Source: a virus
Direction: 5' to 3' (one strand)
DNA: 64,000 nt
IMG/VR virus record: IMGVR_UViG_3300011429_000001
Coordinates: 15,962 to 79,961 of that record
The notes under the pieces were generated by a model, which worked only from the letters and a program-made list of their open reading frames with translations, was not told the origin of the DNA and did no database searches. A program made the translations under genes and the position numbers. Below, in pieces: positions 36,890 to 45,865 of this stretch (position 1 is the first letter of the stretch; each line of letters opens with the position of its first letter).

Positions 36890-36911
36890 TGCTGCTGCTC
36901 CTTCTTTATTC

Positions 36912-37349
36912 TCATAGCGTTAACGGCGGGAACGACTCCTTGAATGGATGGACCTCGACGTTCGAGAGCGCCTCGGCGTCGTGAACCTCGACGTCGGTAT
37001 ACGTCGTGACGTAGACGCGCATGCTCCCCGTCAGGAGCAGGCGGAGGCGGTCGGCGCCGGAGAGTCGAACGTTGATCTGCGTGCGGAGGAACGTCCGCGT
37101 CTCGTGGTCCTTGACCGGCCACCACTTCGTCGGGAAGATCTTCCCCTCGATGTAGTTCCAGACCGACTTCGTCTGGACCATCCCGGCTTCGGCGACGAGC
37201 GGCGCGCCCTGAAGCCGCGCGCGGACGATGAAGAGTTTCCGTTCGCGCGCGAGACGCCGAGCGGCGACGACTCGCGCGGCCGACGGCACGAGGAGCACGA
37301 GCGCGACGATGACCGGGAGGAACGCGAGGATCGCGGCGACGGGCTTCAC
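36912..37349 (-). CDS. Membrane-anchored hypothetical protein
   Basis: N-terminal TM segment; TQINVRLSGADRLRLLLTG. Confidence 0.6.
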   Translation of the reverse strand: MKPVAAILAFLPVIVALVLLVPSAARVVAARRLARERKLFIVRARLQGAPLVAEAGMVQTKSVWNYIEGKIFPTKWWPVKDHETRTFLRTQINVRLSGADRLRLLLTGSMRVYVTTYTDVEVHDAEALSNVEVHPFKESFPPLTL

Positions 37350-37636
37350 GTTCGCCTCGGTCGAAGCCGCGGGACGAGGCGGAGCGGTGTCTTACGTTCG
37401 AGACGCAGACCGAACGCGGTCAGGTCGAGGAGGCGCATCGGGTTCATATCGTCGTGGTTATTGGTGGCCCATCTTAGCGCGACCTGTGCGCCGTACGCCA
37501 ATAGCTGCAAGGAGCGGTTCGGCGCCTTGAGGTCGACGTAGCGGGCGAGCGCGGCGAGCTCCGCGCGCTGCCGTTCCGGGAGCTGGAGGCCGTCGCGGCG
37601 TCGACGCGGACGGACCGCGCGGAGGCTACTCGGCAT
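37346..37636 (-). CDS. Hypothetical protein
   Basis: Coupled ORF. Confidence 0.5.
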   Translation of the reverse strand: MPSSLRAVRPRRRRDGLQLPERQRAELAALARYVDLKAPNRSLQLLAYGAQVALRWATNNHDDMNPMRLLDLTAFGLRLERKTPLRLVPRLRPRRT

Positions 37637-37934
37637 CGTCCCACTCCGGAAGGTTCGAGATGCGGTCGGCGAGCGTGACCCAACTGCGGTCCCACTGCCC
37701 GAGCTCTGTCCACGGCTTCTTCGGATCCGGCCGCGAGAACATGCGGAAGCCGCCGTCGTCCTTCCCGTAGCCCATCTGCATTCCGTTCGCGAACGTCCTA
37801 TGCACCGTCACGTGCTGCTGCTCCTCTTTCATCGCTCCCCTCCATAGAACGTCGTCGATGCCCTCGGCGAGAAGCTCGGTGGCCATCGCGACCGTCGCCG
37901 GGTTCGCGCCGCCGCCGTAGAGGCGCGACGCCAT
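37626..37934 (-). CDS. Hypothetical protein
   Basis: 102 aa ORF. Confidence 0.6.
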   Translation of the reverse strand: MASRLYGGGANPATVAMATELLAEGIDDVLWRGAMKEEQQHVTVHRTFANGMQMGYGKDDGGFRMFSRPDPKKPWTELGQWDRSWVTLADRISNLPEWDDAE

Positions 37935-37960
37935 CTCGTAGGCGCGACGCCGCTCGGGCT

Positions 37961-38287
37961 TCAGAATAGCACCTGCTGTTCGACGACTGTGCCGATGATC
38001 TTAGCGCCCGGGACGACCGACGTGATGTGCCCGTTCGCAAGGTCGACGGTAATCTGCTCTCCGACGTGTAGCCTCACCATCGACGTGAGCATGACGAGAC
38101 TCCCGTCCGCCATCTGTATCTTCGTCGCGTAGTGCGGCGCGCGCCGCGGCTGCGTGAGCCGACTCTTGACCTCGGCGATCTGCGCGATGAGCCGCGTCCT
38201 CCGTTCGAGGTAGAAGATGACCGACCAGAGGCCGCCGATCAGCGCGAGGTAGCCGACCGCAATGACGGTGTTCTCGTAAGTCCACAC
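37961..38287 (-). CDS. Membrane-anchored hypothetical protein
   Basis: N-terminal TM helix, small beta domain. Confidence 0.6.
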   Translation of the reverse strand: MWTYENTVIAVGYLALIGGLWSVIFYLERRTRLIAQIAEVKSRLTQPRRAPHYATKIQMADGSLVMLTSMVRLHVGEQITVDLANGHITSVVPGAKIIGTVVEQQVLF

Positions 38288-38289
38288 GG

Positions 38290-38556
38290 TTACATTCTCG
38301 CCGTGCGGTTTTCCGGGACCTCAGGCGGCCACGACTTACCTCGCAATCGTTCCTTGATGCGGAGGAGCCGCGTCCGGTACGCGATGTATCGGTAGAGCCC
38401 GGCCGAGATCGCGATGGCGACGAGCCCGACGACCGCCGCGCCCGGCTCGCCGCCGCGGTACCACTCGACGGACCCGAGCAGCGTCACGACCACGCCGAAG
38501 AACCCGGCGAACCCGGCCGGGATAACCAAGCCCGCGATGTCGATCTCTTCGCTCAC
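38290..38556 (-). CDS. Two-TM small membrane protein
   Basis: GTGA-coupled start; two hydrophobic helices and a basic C-tail. Confidence 0.6.
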   Translation of the reverse strand: MSEEIDIAGLVIPAGFAGFFGVVVTLLGSVEWYRGGEPGAAVVGLVAIAISAGLYRYIAYRTRLLRIKERLRGKSWPPEVPENRTARM

Positions 38557-38765
38557 GCGCCGTCCTCCTTCAGCGCCGGGTCGACGGCGTTCCACGCGCC
38601 TATGAACGCTTCGAGGAGTTCGATCGGGACGTAGACCTCCTCGCGTCGACCGCGGCCTTCGCGGTTCGGGCCGACCTCGATCGCGATGTGCGCGCTCCCG
38701 GTCTCGCAGTAGCGGATCGTCGTCGTCGTCGCGCCGACGACGCACGACTTCTCGATCGTAATCAC
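38553..38765 (-). CDS. Hypothetical protein
   Basis: 70 aa with GGAGGAG RBS. Confidence 0.6.
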   Translation of the reverse strand: MITIEKSCVVGATTTTIRYCETGSAHIAIEVGPNREGRGRREEVYVPIELLEAFIGAWNAVDPALKEDGA

Positions 38766-39295
38766 ATCTCCTCCAGTGGCGTATCATACGCGAGTCGGCT
38801 CGGGTGCCGCGGCCGACCGTCGGCCGTCTTCCCGAGGCACTTGACGTTGCCCTTCCGGAGGTTCCGGAGGAGCGACAAGACCTCGCCGTCGCGCCCGGCG
38901 GTCCACCCGGTTCCCCACGCGACGACGACGGTCGCGAGCGGCGGCGCGCTACAGGCCCACGCGATGTGCTCGTCGTTCATCGTGCCGACGACGTCGGACC
39001 GGGCCCACGTCGCGAGCTTCCGCCGGAGCTCGTTCGGGTCGGTCGCGCGGAGGGCGAAGAGGTTGACGAGGATCACGCCGCCGTGCCGGTGCCGCTTCGC
39101 GAAGCCGATCGTCTTCGCCAGCGTGAGGTCAGAGCGCGTCGCGTCGGCGACGCTCGGGTTCATCCCGCAGAAGACCATTACCGGCAGCGAGAGGTCCCAC
39201 ATCCGGTGGAGGCGGTAGCGGTAGAGGCCGCACGTCGAGACGATCGCTCCGGCCTTCTGCTCCGCCGTCAAGGGCGCGTCGAGCTCGAACATCAC
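38762..39295 (-). CDS. DUF1643 family protein
   Basis: CGLYRYRLHRMW...MNPSVAD...VNLFALRATDP...VVAWG...PRHP. Confidence 0.85.
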   Translation of the reverse strand: MMFELDAPLTAEQKAGAIVSTCGLYRYRLHRMWDLSLPVMVFCGMNPSVADATRSDLTLAKTIGFAKRHRHGGVILVNLFALRATDPNELRRKLATWARSDVVGTMNDEHIAWACSAPPLATVVVAWGTGWTAGRDGEVLSLLRNLRKGNVKCLGKTADGRPRHPSRLAYDTPLEEM

Positions 39296-39537
39296 GAGAC
39301 CGTCGGCCGGAGGAACTTCACCTGAAGCATGACCATCTTCTGGTCGACGCTGCGCTGGACGACCGGACAGACTGTATCGTCCCTCGTATCGAACCGATAC
39401 TCTGCGCCGCAGGTCAGGCAGTTGATGCCGGAGATGGCGAGGACGTTCGCGCTGAGGTCTTCGAGCGCGGCGATCTTCCAATCGAACTGGAGCTTGGGCT
39501 CGTGGCAGCAGTAGCCCGGGATCGGTTCCTTCGTCAT
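39292..39537 (-). CDS. Small Cys-rich hypothetical protein
   Basis: CCH...CLTC. Confidence 0.55.
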   Translation of the reverse strand: MTKEPIPGYCCHEPKLQFDWKIAALEDLSANVLAISGINCLTCGAEYRFDTRDDTVCPVVQRSVDQKMVMLQVKFLRPTVS

Positions 39538-39968
39538 ACCCAATACCAGAGGCCGGTCCGCGCGTTCGGGCCGACGCTCGCGAGATAGAGCTCGATGCCG
39601 TCGACGTCCTTCAGTGGGTCGTACCACTCGATGCCCGGACCCGGGTCGTAGACGCGGCCGTCGTGCCAGACGACCCAGTGTTGCATTCGCCGGTTCGCGT
39701 CGCGGCGCGTCTCGTGCGGCACGTCGGCGTTGATCTTCACGATGGCGAGCTTCGAGCGCGGCGGCGCGTACCGGTACGTGACGCCGAGGACGGTCCGGTG
39801 CATCGCGTCGAGCTGTCGCTGAAGCATCGCGCCGTTCATCCCGTAGGTCGGCCGCCAGTTCTGCGCGAGCTGCGCGCGCTTCCGAACGAGCTCGTACGTC
39901 TTGCCGGTCACCATCGCGATGCAGGCGACGCCGCAGCCCTTCCGGTCGGCTTGCTGGACGAGCGTCAC
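39534..39968 (-). CDS. C39-like papain-fold cysteine peptidase
   Basis: QQ...GCGVACIAMV...HWVVW...VYDP (Gln/Cys/His/Asp pattern). Confidence 0.75.
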   Translation of the reverse strand: MTLVQQADRKGCGVACIAMVTGKTYELVRKRAQLAQNWRPTYGMNGAMLQRQLDAMHRTVLGVTYRYAPPRSKLAIVKINADVPHETRRDANRRMQHWVVWHDGRVYDPGPGIEWYDPLKDVDGIELYLASVGPNARTGLWYWV

Positions 39969-40222
39969 AGCAATCCCGAGGCGTTGGCGAGGTCGCGCGT
40001 GACGCGGATGAGGAGGTCGTAGTGCTCGACCCACGTCTGTTCGTGCGACGAGCTCCAGCGCCCGGCGCGGATCGCCTCGACCGTCTTCGTCCCTTCGCAC
40101 TGCGGGCACGGCGTCGGCGTCACCTGCTCGTGCCAGCGGAGGTGGTCGCGCCATTTGACGTGCGACGCGCGGCCCTCGTCGAGGATCGCGAGCGCCTTCT
40201 CGACGTCGGCGCCGCTAACCAA
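39965..40222 (-). CDS. Hypothetical protein (CxxC)
   Basis: CPQC; coupled ORF. Confidence 0.55.
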   Translation of the reverse strand: MVSGADVEKALAILDEGRASHVKWRDHLRWHEQVTPTPCPQCEGTKTVEAIRAGRWSSSHEQTWVEHYDLLIRVTRDLANASGLL

Positions 40223-40724
40223 GGTTGCACTCCATGTTTCCGCGCTCGAAGAACTGGCAGACTGCCGCCGTGCTCGCGTCGAGGCCGCCGGTCCCGGCGC
40301 CCTTGAAGACGATGTCGATGATCTCCCGACCCTCGACGTGCCAGAGGATCGAGAGCTTCTCGATCGACGGCTGCGCGGCGAGCTCGGTCGCGTGCGCGAG
40401 GAACCACGACGCGAGCTTCTCGTCGGCCCACAGCCAGAGCTGCCCGGCCCAGACGTGGTCGCCTTGGTAGAGGCCGAGCCGCGCCTCTTGCTCGATGCAG
40501 TAGCCGCACATCGACGCGTCGGTGCAGCGGTGCCCCGAGCACGACTGAAGCGTGCAGAGGCGGTGGAGGCGGTTCAGGCGATCGACGAACGCGTAGATCT
40601 CCGGGTCCGGGTAGCCGTGCCCGCCGACGAATCCCGCCGGAGGGTTGATCGTGCGCTGGCGCTTCGCGGCTTCCCACGAGCGGAGCTCGACGGCCTTGTC
40701 GTCCTGCGTTAGATAGCGTCCCAT
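40215..40724 (-). CDS. TYW3-like fold protein
   Basis: DPEIYAFVDRLN...TLQSCSGH resembles the TYW3 D..I..L...IN...TxSSCSG signature. Confidence 0.5.
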   Translation of the reverse strand: MGRYLTQDDKAVELRSWEAAKRQRTINPPAGFVGGHGYPDPEIYAFVDRLNRLHRLCTLQSCSGHRCTDASMCGYCIEQEARLGLYQGDHVWAGQLWLWADEKLASWFLAHATELAAQPSIEKLSILWHVEGREIIDIVFKGAGTGGLDASTAAVCQFFERGNMECNLG

Positions 40725-40727
40725 GGG

Positions 40728-41117
40728 TTACTCCTTCGGCGGCGTGCCGACGCGGAGCGCGCTCGGCTTTAGGAGGATGCCGCCCTTCGTCCATCGATCG
40801 GAGACGTGCGGGTCGACGCCGATATAACTCTCGACCGGCGCCCCGAACGGCACGGTGGCGCCCATCTCGGTCGTCGCGATCTCGTACTCGCCGTCGGGGA
40901 GCGTCGCGAGCTTCGCCGAGATGTTCAGCGCGCAGTGTTTGCCGACGACCTTCGGGTCCGGCCAGGCGACCACGGTTGGGTTCTTCGGCGCGTTGACCGA
41001 GACGCCGACGACGGCGCCGTCGATGCCGCACGCCATCTCCGCGCGCTTGACGACGAGCGGCTCGATGTAGCCAGCGTTCCCGCTGAGGAGGATGAACCAA
41101 ATAGTGAGAGCTTCCAT
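40728..41117 (-). CDS. Hypothetical protein
   Basis: 129 aa, TAATG-coupled. Confidence 0.6.
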   Translation of the reverse strand: MEALTIWFILLSGNAGYIEPLVVKRAEMACGIDGAVVGVSVNAPKNPTVVAWPDPKVVGKHCALNISAKLATLPDGEYEIATTEMGATVPFGAPVESYIGVDPHVSDRWTKGGILLKPSALRVGTPPKE

Positions 41118-41263
41118 TACGATCGAACTCCTTTCACGACGAGGACCGCGAGCGCGACGAGCCCGATGCAGAACGCGACGACGGCGACGATGCAGAGGAC
41201 GGCGATGGCGATTAGCGTCCGGCCCGCGCGCTCCATCTCGACCTCAGATTCACGCTGGTCCAT
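41117..41263 (-). CDS. 48-aa single-pass membrane peptide
   Basis: MDQRESEVEMERAGRTLIAIAVLCIVAVVAFCIGLVALAVLVVKGVRS; missing from the ORF track. Confidence 0.55.
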   Translation of the reverse strand: MDQRESEVEMERAGRTLIAIAVLCIVAVVAFCIGLVALAVLVVKGVRS

Positions 41264-41462
41264 TTCGTCCCTTCTCTCGGCCGAAAGCATACGCCAAGAG
41301 GATGCCGATCACGACGCCCTGTGGTGCCCGGTCGAGCGCGGCGAAGATGGCGACGAAGAGACCGATCGTCTGGCCCTTCGTCGAGGTCGCGAGCGCGAGC
41401 ATCAGGAGGAACGCAAACGCGACGAGCTCGCCGAGATAGACCGGTACGGCGACGGGTTCCAT
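41250..41462 (-). CDS. Small membrane protein
   Basis: 70 aa, mostly hydrophobic. Confidence 0.55.
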   Translation of the reverse strand: MEPVAVPVYLGELVAFAFLLMLALATSTKGQTIGLFVAIFAALDRAPQGVVIGILLAYAFGREKGRNGPA

Positions 41463-42200
41463 CTAGGTCCCGGTCTCCCGCTCAGGCGTGACGTCGATGG
41501 CGTCGAGGACGCCGAACCGCTTCTTGAGCGCCGCCGCGAGCGCCGTCCGGATCTCTGGCATCGACGCCGTGATGCCGATGATGTCGCCGACGAGGGCCGA
41601 GACGATCGACGCGACCTGCGACGTCGGGACGTAGCCCGCGTCAGGCTGCTGGTCGACGCCGAGGAGCTTCCTGCGGCTCTCGCCGTTCCGCCGGAGCTGC
41701 GACGCCGCGTCGAGCCGGAGGCGCGCGAGCGGCTCGGCCTTCACCGGGACGGTAACGGTCCGCTGCTTCTTCCCGCTCCCGACCTTGACCCTGTCGCCAG
41801 CGACCTCGCCGCGGGCGACGGGAAGGAGCTGGCGGTCTAGCTGGTCGAGGCGCGCGAGCTCCATCTGTAGCCAGTGCTGCTGCGTCTGGACGGTCTCGCG
41901 CGTCGTCTCGTCGGCCATCTCGTGGATGTCCTTGCAGACCGTCTTCGCCGTGCAGGGCATCTTGTTCGCCGAGAGGTAGTCGGCGATGGCCTGCATCGTC
42001 ATCCGCTCGTAGACGTAGAGGTGCCAGGCGAGCTTCTTCCGTTCGCGGCGCGCGGCCTCTTGGGTCGCCTCGGCCTTGTTCCCGCCTGTCGGCGTCAGCG
42101 GGCCTGGCGCCGTCCGACCGGGTCGGCGCTTTCCGGCTTTAGCATTACCGGGCTTGCGGCCGCGCTTCTTCTTCGTTACGGGACGAGTCCTCCGCGTCAT
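41463..42200 (-). CDS. Terminase small subunit-like HTH protein
   Basis: AWHLY...TMQAIADYL...TVCKDI HTH; ELARLDQL; RRKLLGVDQ. Confidence 0.75.
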   Translation of the reverse strand: MTRRTRPVTKKKRGRKPGNAKAGKRRPGRTAPGPLTPTGGNKAEATQEAARRERKKLAWHLYVYERMTMQAIADYLSANKMPCTAKTVCKDIHEMADETTRETVQTQQHWLQMELARLDQLDRQLLPVARGEVAGDRVKVGSGKKQRTVTVPVKAEPLARLRLDAASQLRRNGESRRKLLGVDQQPDAGYVPTSQVASIVSALVGDIIGITASMPEIRTALAAALKKRFGVLDAIDVTPERETGT

Positions 42201-42490
42201 CGCGGGTCCTTCACGCCGAGGATCTCCCGGCGAACGATGTCGCTGTCGATGAGCTCGCCGAGCTCGACGCCGGAGACCATCCGCTTGCCGTAGGTCCGGC
42301 CGTCCTTCCGGCAGGTATACCAGCTGCGCTCGTAGGCCTCGACGTCGCCGTCGAATCGGCGCGCGAGGACCCGCAGCGCGGTCGAGAGCTTGATGTCCCG
42401 AATCTTGGCGAGAGCTTCGAGCCGCCGTCTGGTCTCCTCGGGGAGCAGGCGCCAGCGCACGCGGTCGGCCTTCCTGAGCTTACCGGCCAT
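42197..42490 (-). CDS. Array paralog (UBA/RHH-like module)
   Basis: RVRWRLLPEE...LEALAK...ALRVLARRFDGDVE. Confidence 0.7.
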   Translation of the reverse strand: MAGKLRKADRVRWRLLPEETRRRLEALAKIRDIKLSTALRVLARRFDGDVEAYERSWYTCRKDGRTYGKRMVSGVELGELIDSDIVRREILGVKDPR

Positions 42491-42692
42491 GGCGGCCCTC
42501 CGGATCGTAGGTCGCGACGAGGCCCTGCGGACCGGCGACGTCGATGCGCTTCCGGCCGTCGAGCGCGTCCTGTTCGATCGCCGCGGCGAGCGCCTTCGCC
42601 GTCGACGTGCCAGCGAGCTTCCCGAGCCGCCGGATGACCGGTCGGAACCACGCCGGGACGAAGCGCATCCGGACCCTATCGGCTCGCGTCAT
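42480..42692 (-). CDS. Array paralog (RHH-like)
   Basis: GGAGGAG RBS; ADRVRMRFVP...LGKLAGTSTAKALAAAI. Confidence 0.65.
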   Translation of the reverse strand: MTRADRVRMRFVPAWFRPVIRRLGKLAGTSTAKALAAAIEQDALDGRKRIDVAGPQGLVATYDPEGRHGR

Positions 42693-42966
42693 CGACGCTC
42701 CTCCGGATGAAGTCAAGGAACCCTGGCTCTTCATCGCACTGGACGTCGTGCTCCGACGGACCGAGGACTACCTTGATGGCCGCCACGGCGCGCTGCTTCC
42801 GCCACGCGTTGTAGAGGATGTTGAACCGCTCGACGCTCCCGTCGCACATAACGAGCCCTTCGACGATGGTCTCGCGCGAGAAGATGCGGAGCGGCCACGC
42901 CTGTTCGACGACCTCCTTGCAGGTCGCCTCGACGAGACGACGGCGGACGGTCTCTGCTTGCGTCAC
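42676..42966 (-). CDS. Array paralog
   Basis: VRRRLVEA...EGLVMCDGSVERF; GTGA start. Confidence 0.65.
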   Translation of the reverse strand: MTQAETVRRRLVEATCKEVVEQAWPLRIFSRETIVEGLVMCDGSVERFNILYNAWRKQRAVAAIKVVLGPSEHDVQCDEEPGFLDFIRRSVDDASR

Positions 42967-43328
42967 GTCTTGCCCTTCTTGCGGAGCCGGTCGACGGTCT
43001 GCGCGGCGCGGAACTTCCGCGAGGCGTAGGGTCCGATCGACGCGATGGTGTTCCGCAGCTCGCCGGTGTCGATCGGCGTCCGCTGCTTCGTCTCCTCGAA
43101 GAGCTTCGCTGCGAGGTGTTCCAGTGCGGTTTCGAGTTTCTTCACCGTCGCCTCGACGTCGCCGCCGTCCTTCACGATGAAGTAGGCCGCCATCTCGGTG
43201 TCGCCGCCGAGCATCTGCGCGACCCTGGCGACTTCGGCCGGGCGCGCCGCGGTGAGCACGCGGATGGCGACGCGCGTCTCCTGCGACATTATGAGGACTT
43301 CGCCCTTCGCGCGGAGCTCGACCTTCAC
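42963..43328 (-). CDS. Array paralog with gp10-like tail motif
   Basis: VAQMLGG...KDGGDVEA; PIDTGELRNTI. Confidence 0.65.
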   Translation of the reverse strand: MKVELRAKGEVLIMSQETRVAIRVLTAARPAEVARVAQMLGGDTEMAAYFIVKDGGDVEATVKKLETALEHLAAKLFEETKQRTPIDTGELRNTIASIGPYASRKFRAAQTVDRLRKKGKT

Positions 43329-43804
43329 GGGAGTCCTTCCGGCCCGACGCATCGACAGTTCGGATGCGGCTCGACCTTCGGCGGAACATGGTCGCGATAG
43401 AGTTGCCCGGCGTCTCCGTCGTAGCGTTCGGCGAGCAACGTCAGCGCCTCGTCGAGCGTGATGTTGCCGAGGTCGACGGTCAGGCCGACCGTGTTCTTCT
43501 GAAGCCCGGAGAGCAATCGCCAGCGGACGGCGTTCTCCTTCGACACTTCCAGTGGTACACCGTTCGTGCGTCGGATGCGTTCGAGCAAGCGGGCGCACTT
43601 CGGTCTGTTCTCGAACCGCGTGCGATCGAAGGCGACGCCGTCGACGGCCGCGAGGATGAGCTCGACGTCGCCGTCGGCGAGGAGCAACGCCTCGATCGCG
43701 ACGTCGCTCGGGATCCCATGGTCGTTCTGGAGGCGATCGATCAACGGCTTGTTCGACGTTTCAAGGAGGCGGCGTCGGACGAGGTAGGGCGAGGTGCCGC
43801 TCAT
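43325..43804 (-). CDS. Array paralog, two modules, MuF-like tail motif
   Basis: VRRRLLE...EALLLADGDVE; VRWRLL...YDGDAG; PHPNCRC. Confidence 0.7.
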   Translation of the reverse strand: MSGTSPYLVRRRLLETSNKPLIDRLQNDHGIPSDVAIEALLLADGDVELILAAVDGVAFDRTRFENRPKCARLLERIRRTNGVPLEVSKENAVRWRLLSGLQKNTVGLTVDLGNITLDEALTLLAERYDGDAGQLYRDHVPPKVEPHPNCRCVGPEGLP

Positions 43805-44157
43805 GGCTTCTCCTGTCCGGTTAGCGCGAAGTGAACGTCTGCGAGGTAGGCCGGGAACTGCCGGTCGCCGGAGATGAGGCGGTCGGCGACGGCGCGCTCG
43901 GCGATCTCGGTGTTCGTTCCATCCGACGCGAGCTTACTCGGCCAGCCATTCGGCGGGTTCTTCCGCGACTCCTTCACGATGTTGTAGATGGCAGCGGCGC
44001 GGAACTCGTCGACGTCTCCGTTGTAGTCATGGACCAACGCGCGAACGGCGCGGCGCATCGGTAAGTCGCAGATCTCGCATACGAGGTGGACCGTCCGCTG
44101 CGCCCGCGGCGGAAGTAGTCTGAACGCGGCGTCGGCCGCGGCGCCTCGGAGCTTCAC
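43801..44157 (-). CDS. Array paralog
   Basis: FRLLP...RALVHDYNGDVDEF. Confidence 0.65.
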   Translation of the reverse strand: MKLRGAAADAAFRLLPPRAQRTVHLVCEICDLPMRRAVRALVHDYNGDVDEFRAAAIYNIVKESRKNPPNGWPSKLASDGTNTEIAERAVADRLISGDRQFPAYLADVHFALTGQEKP

Positions 44158-44408
44158 GATCGGATCCTCTTCTTCGCGTAGGTGACGAAGTCCTCGTAGC
44201 CACCGCCGACGCTACCGCCGCCCCACGCCGCGAAGAGGTCGAGGATCCGCATCGGCGGGTCCGGGTAGCCGTCGGCGAGTCGAACGAGGTCGACGATCAA
44301 CGACCGGTGTAGGTGCGTCTTCGCGTGCACGAGGCTGACGCCTTGACAGAAGGCCGCCTCGACGAGTCTCCGGCGCACGCGCTCGACGCGTCGCTCCTCC
44401 TGCGTCAC
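44154..44408 (-). CDS. Array paralog with C5-MTase motif-I-like tail
   Basis: VRRRLVEA...LADG; MRILDLFAAWGGGSVG. Confidence 0.65.
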   Translation of the reverse strand: MTQEERRVERVRRRLVEAAFCQGVSLVHAKTHLHRSLIVDLVRLADGYPDPPMRILDLFAAWGGGSVGGGYEDFVTYAKKRIRS

Positions 44409-44680
44409 AGTCTACGCTCCTTGATGAAGTCCATCAAGTGACGAGTCGCGCCGGGCGTACTCGCGCCAGGTCGTTTACCGGCGCCGAGCTCGTCGAGACG
44501 GAGCCATGCGTCGATCGCTCGGCCGAACCGCGCGCGGTCTCCGCCGACGGCGATCAGGATGTCGGCCGTGTCGTCCGGTTCCCAACCTACGACCGAGCGA
44601 CAGTGGTCGATCACGTCGCCGAAGTTCGCATACATAAGGCGACGACGGAGGCGGACCGCCGGAGAGAAGATGGCGGTCAT
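44405..44680 (-). CDS. Array paralog
   Basis: LRRRLM...VVGWEPD...VGGDRARF; ATGA start. Confidence 0.65.
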   Translation of the reverse strand: MTAIFSPAVRLRRRLMYANFGDVIDHCRSVVGWEPDDTADILIAVGGDRARFGRAIDAWLRLDELGAGKRPGASTPGATRHLMDFIKERRL

Positions 44681-45186
44681 AGCTTCGGCAGCGGTCGACG
44701 CCGTAGGTGCGTGATGAAGTCGGCGACCGGGCCGTGCTGTTTTCGCTTCGGGTCGACCCACTTCGCGAACTCGATCTGGAACTCCTCTGGGCTGCCGCAG
44801 AGTTCGAGGCACGTCACGATCTCGTTCTCCGGCCAATACTTCTCGACGCGCGCTGCGATGAAGTCCGCGTAGTTCGATCGGATCATCCGGCGCCGGACCT
44901 CCTTCGCGCGCGCCAGTTCCCGATCGCGCTCAGCGTGAAGCGCGGAGAGGAAGGACCGGAGCGCGTCGTGCCCGCGGCCGACGTCCGACGGCGGTACGTT
45001 CAGTGCCGCGATCCATTCCTTATGCGAGGCGCGGAGCCTCTCGACGTCGCCGTCGCAGACGAGGAGCATCTCGACGATGCTCTCCTTGTCCCAGCCCATC
45101 GTCTCGTGGAGCTCGTCGATGTATCGCCGGTGGATGGTCTCGACGAGCCGACGCGAGACGGCGCCTGCAGGGTTCGCGAACTTCAC
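44677..45186 (-). CDS. Array paralog, two modules
   Basis: SRRLVE...IDELHETMGWDKESIVEMLLVCDGDVERL; VRRRMI...CLELCGSPEEF. Confidence 0.7.
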   Translation of the reverse strand: MKFANPAGAVSRRLVETIHRRYIDELHETMGWDKESIVEMLLVCDGDVERLRASHKEWIAALNVPPSDVGRGHDALRSFLSALHAERDRELARAKEVRRRMIRSNYADFIAARVEKYWPENEIVTCLELCGSPEEFQIEFAKWVDPKRKQHGPVADFITHLRRRPLPKL

Positions 45187-45551
45187 GGCGTCGCCTCAGG
45201 AGTTGTTAACCGGTTAACGTCGACGCCCGCTCGGTCGAGCAAGGCGTAGCAGTCGAAGAGGAACGGTGCGCGGGCCATCCCGGCAGGGTCGGAGGCGATG
45301 CCGCGCGAGCGGCCGTAGACCTTTCGCCGCTGCGTCAACGACATCAGTCGTAGGATGTGCCCGAGCGCGATGCCGCAGCGGTCCTTGACCTTCGTCGCTT
45401 CGGCGATGCAGAAGTCGATGTGCCCGTCGTCCATGTTTCCGTCGTCGAGCGCGATGTGGAGCGGGCCGCCGTTCTCGTTGCCTTCCATCATGTAGTAGGC
45501 GTCCGAGAGGTAGACGACGTCTGGCACGGTCGGTCGCTTCGGGTTCTTCAT
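45183..45551 (-). CDS. Hypothetical protein embedded in the array (different family)
   Basis: GGPLHIALDDGN motif; lacks the array module. Confidence 0.65.
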   Translation of the reverse strand: MKNPKRPTVPDVVYLSDAYYMMEGNENGGPLHIALDDGNMDDGHIDFCIAEATKVKDRCGIALGHILRLMSLTQRRKVYGRSRGIASDPAGMARAPFLFDCYALLDRAGVDVNRLTTPEATP

Positions 45552-45865
45552 CGCTTCAACCGTTGGCCCATATCCATTCCGGCGAACCGGATCGCGTTCG
45601 AGACGAGGTCCCGCTCGTAGCTCGCGAGTACGCTCCGCTTCTGAACGTCGCGCGGGAACCGCGTCTTGATGGCGCTATACGCGCGCTGGATCGCCTCGCG
45701 CGTGCGTCCCTTGTATTGGAGGCACGCCACGAAGATCAGCGCGGCCGAGTTAAGTCCGATCTGGTAGTTGTTCGCGAGCTCGCGCACGAACTTGTCTTGC
45801 TCTAAGAGCCGGGCCTTGACGCGCCAGACCTCGTGGACGTCGACGGTCGACGTTATGCGGGACAC
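45548..45865 (-). CDS. Array paralog (divergent)
   Basis: VKARLLE...VRELANNYQIG...CLQYKG. Confidence 0.55.
   Translation of the reverse strand: MSRITSTVDVHEVWRVKARLLEQDKFVRELANNYQIGLNSAALIFVACLQYKGRTREAIQRAYSAIKTRFPRDVQKRSVLASYERDLVSNAIRFAGMDMGQRLKR

Noticed and set aside
38290-38556. Holin call for the two-TM protein; spanin call for 32495..32788
   Set aside because: No adjacent endolysin and no o-spanin lipoprotein found
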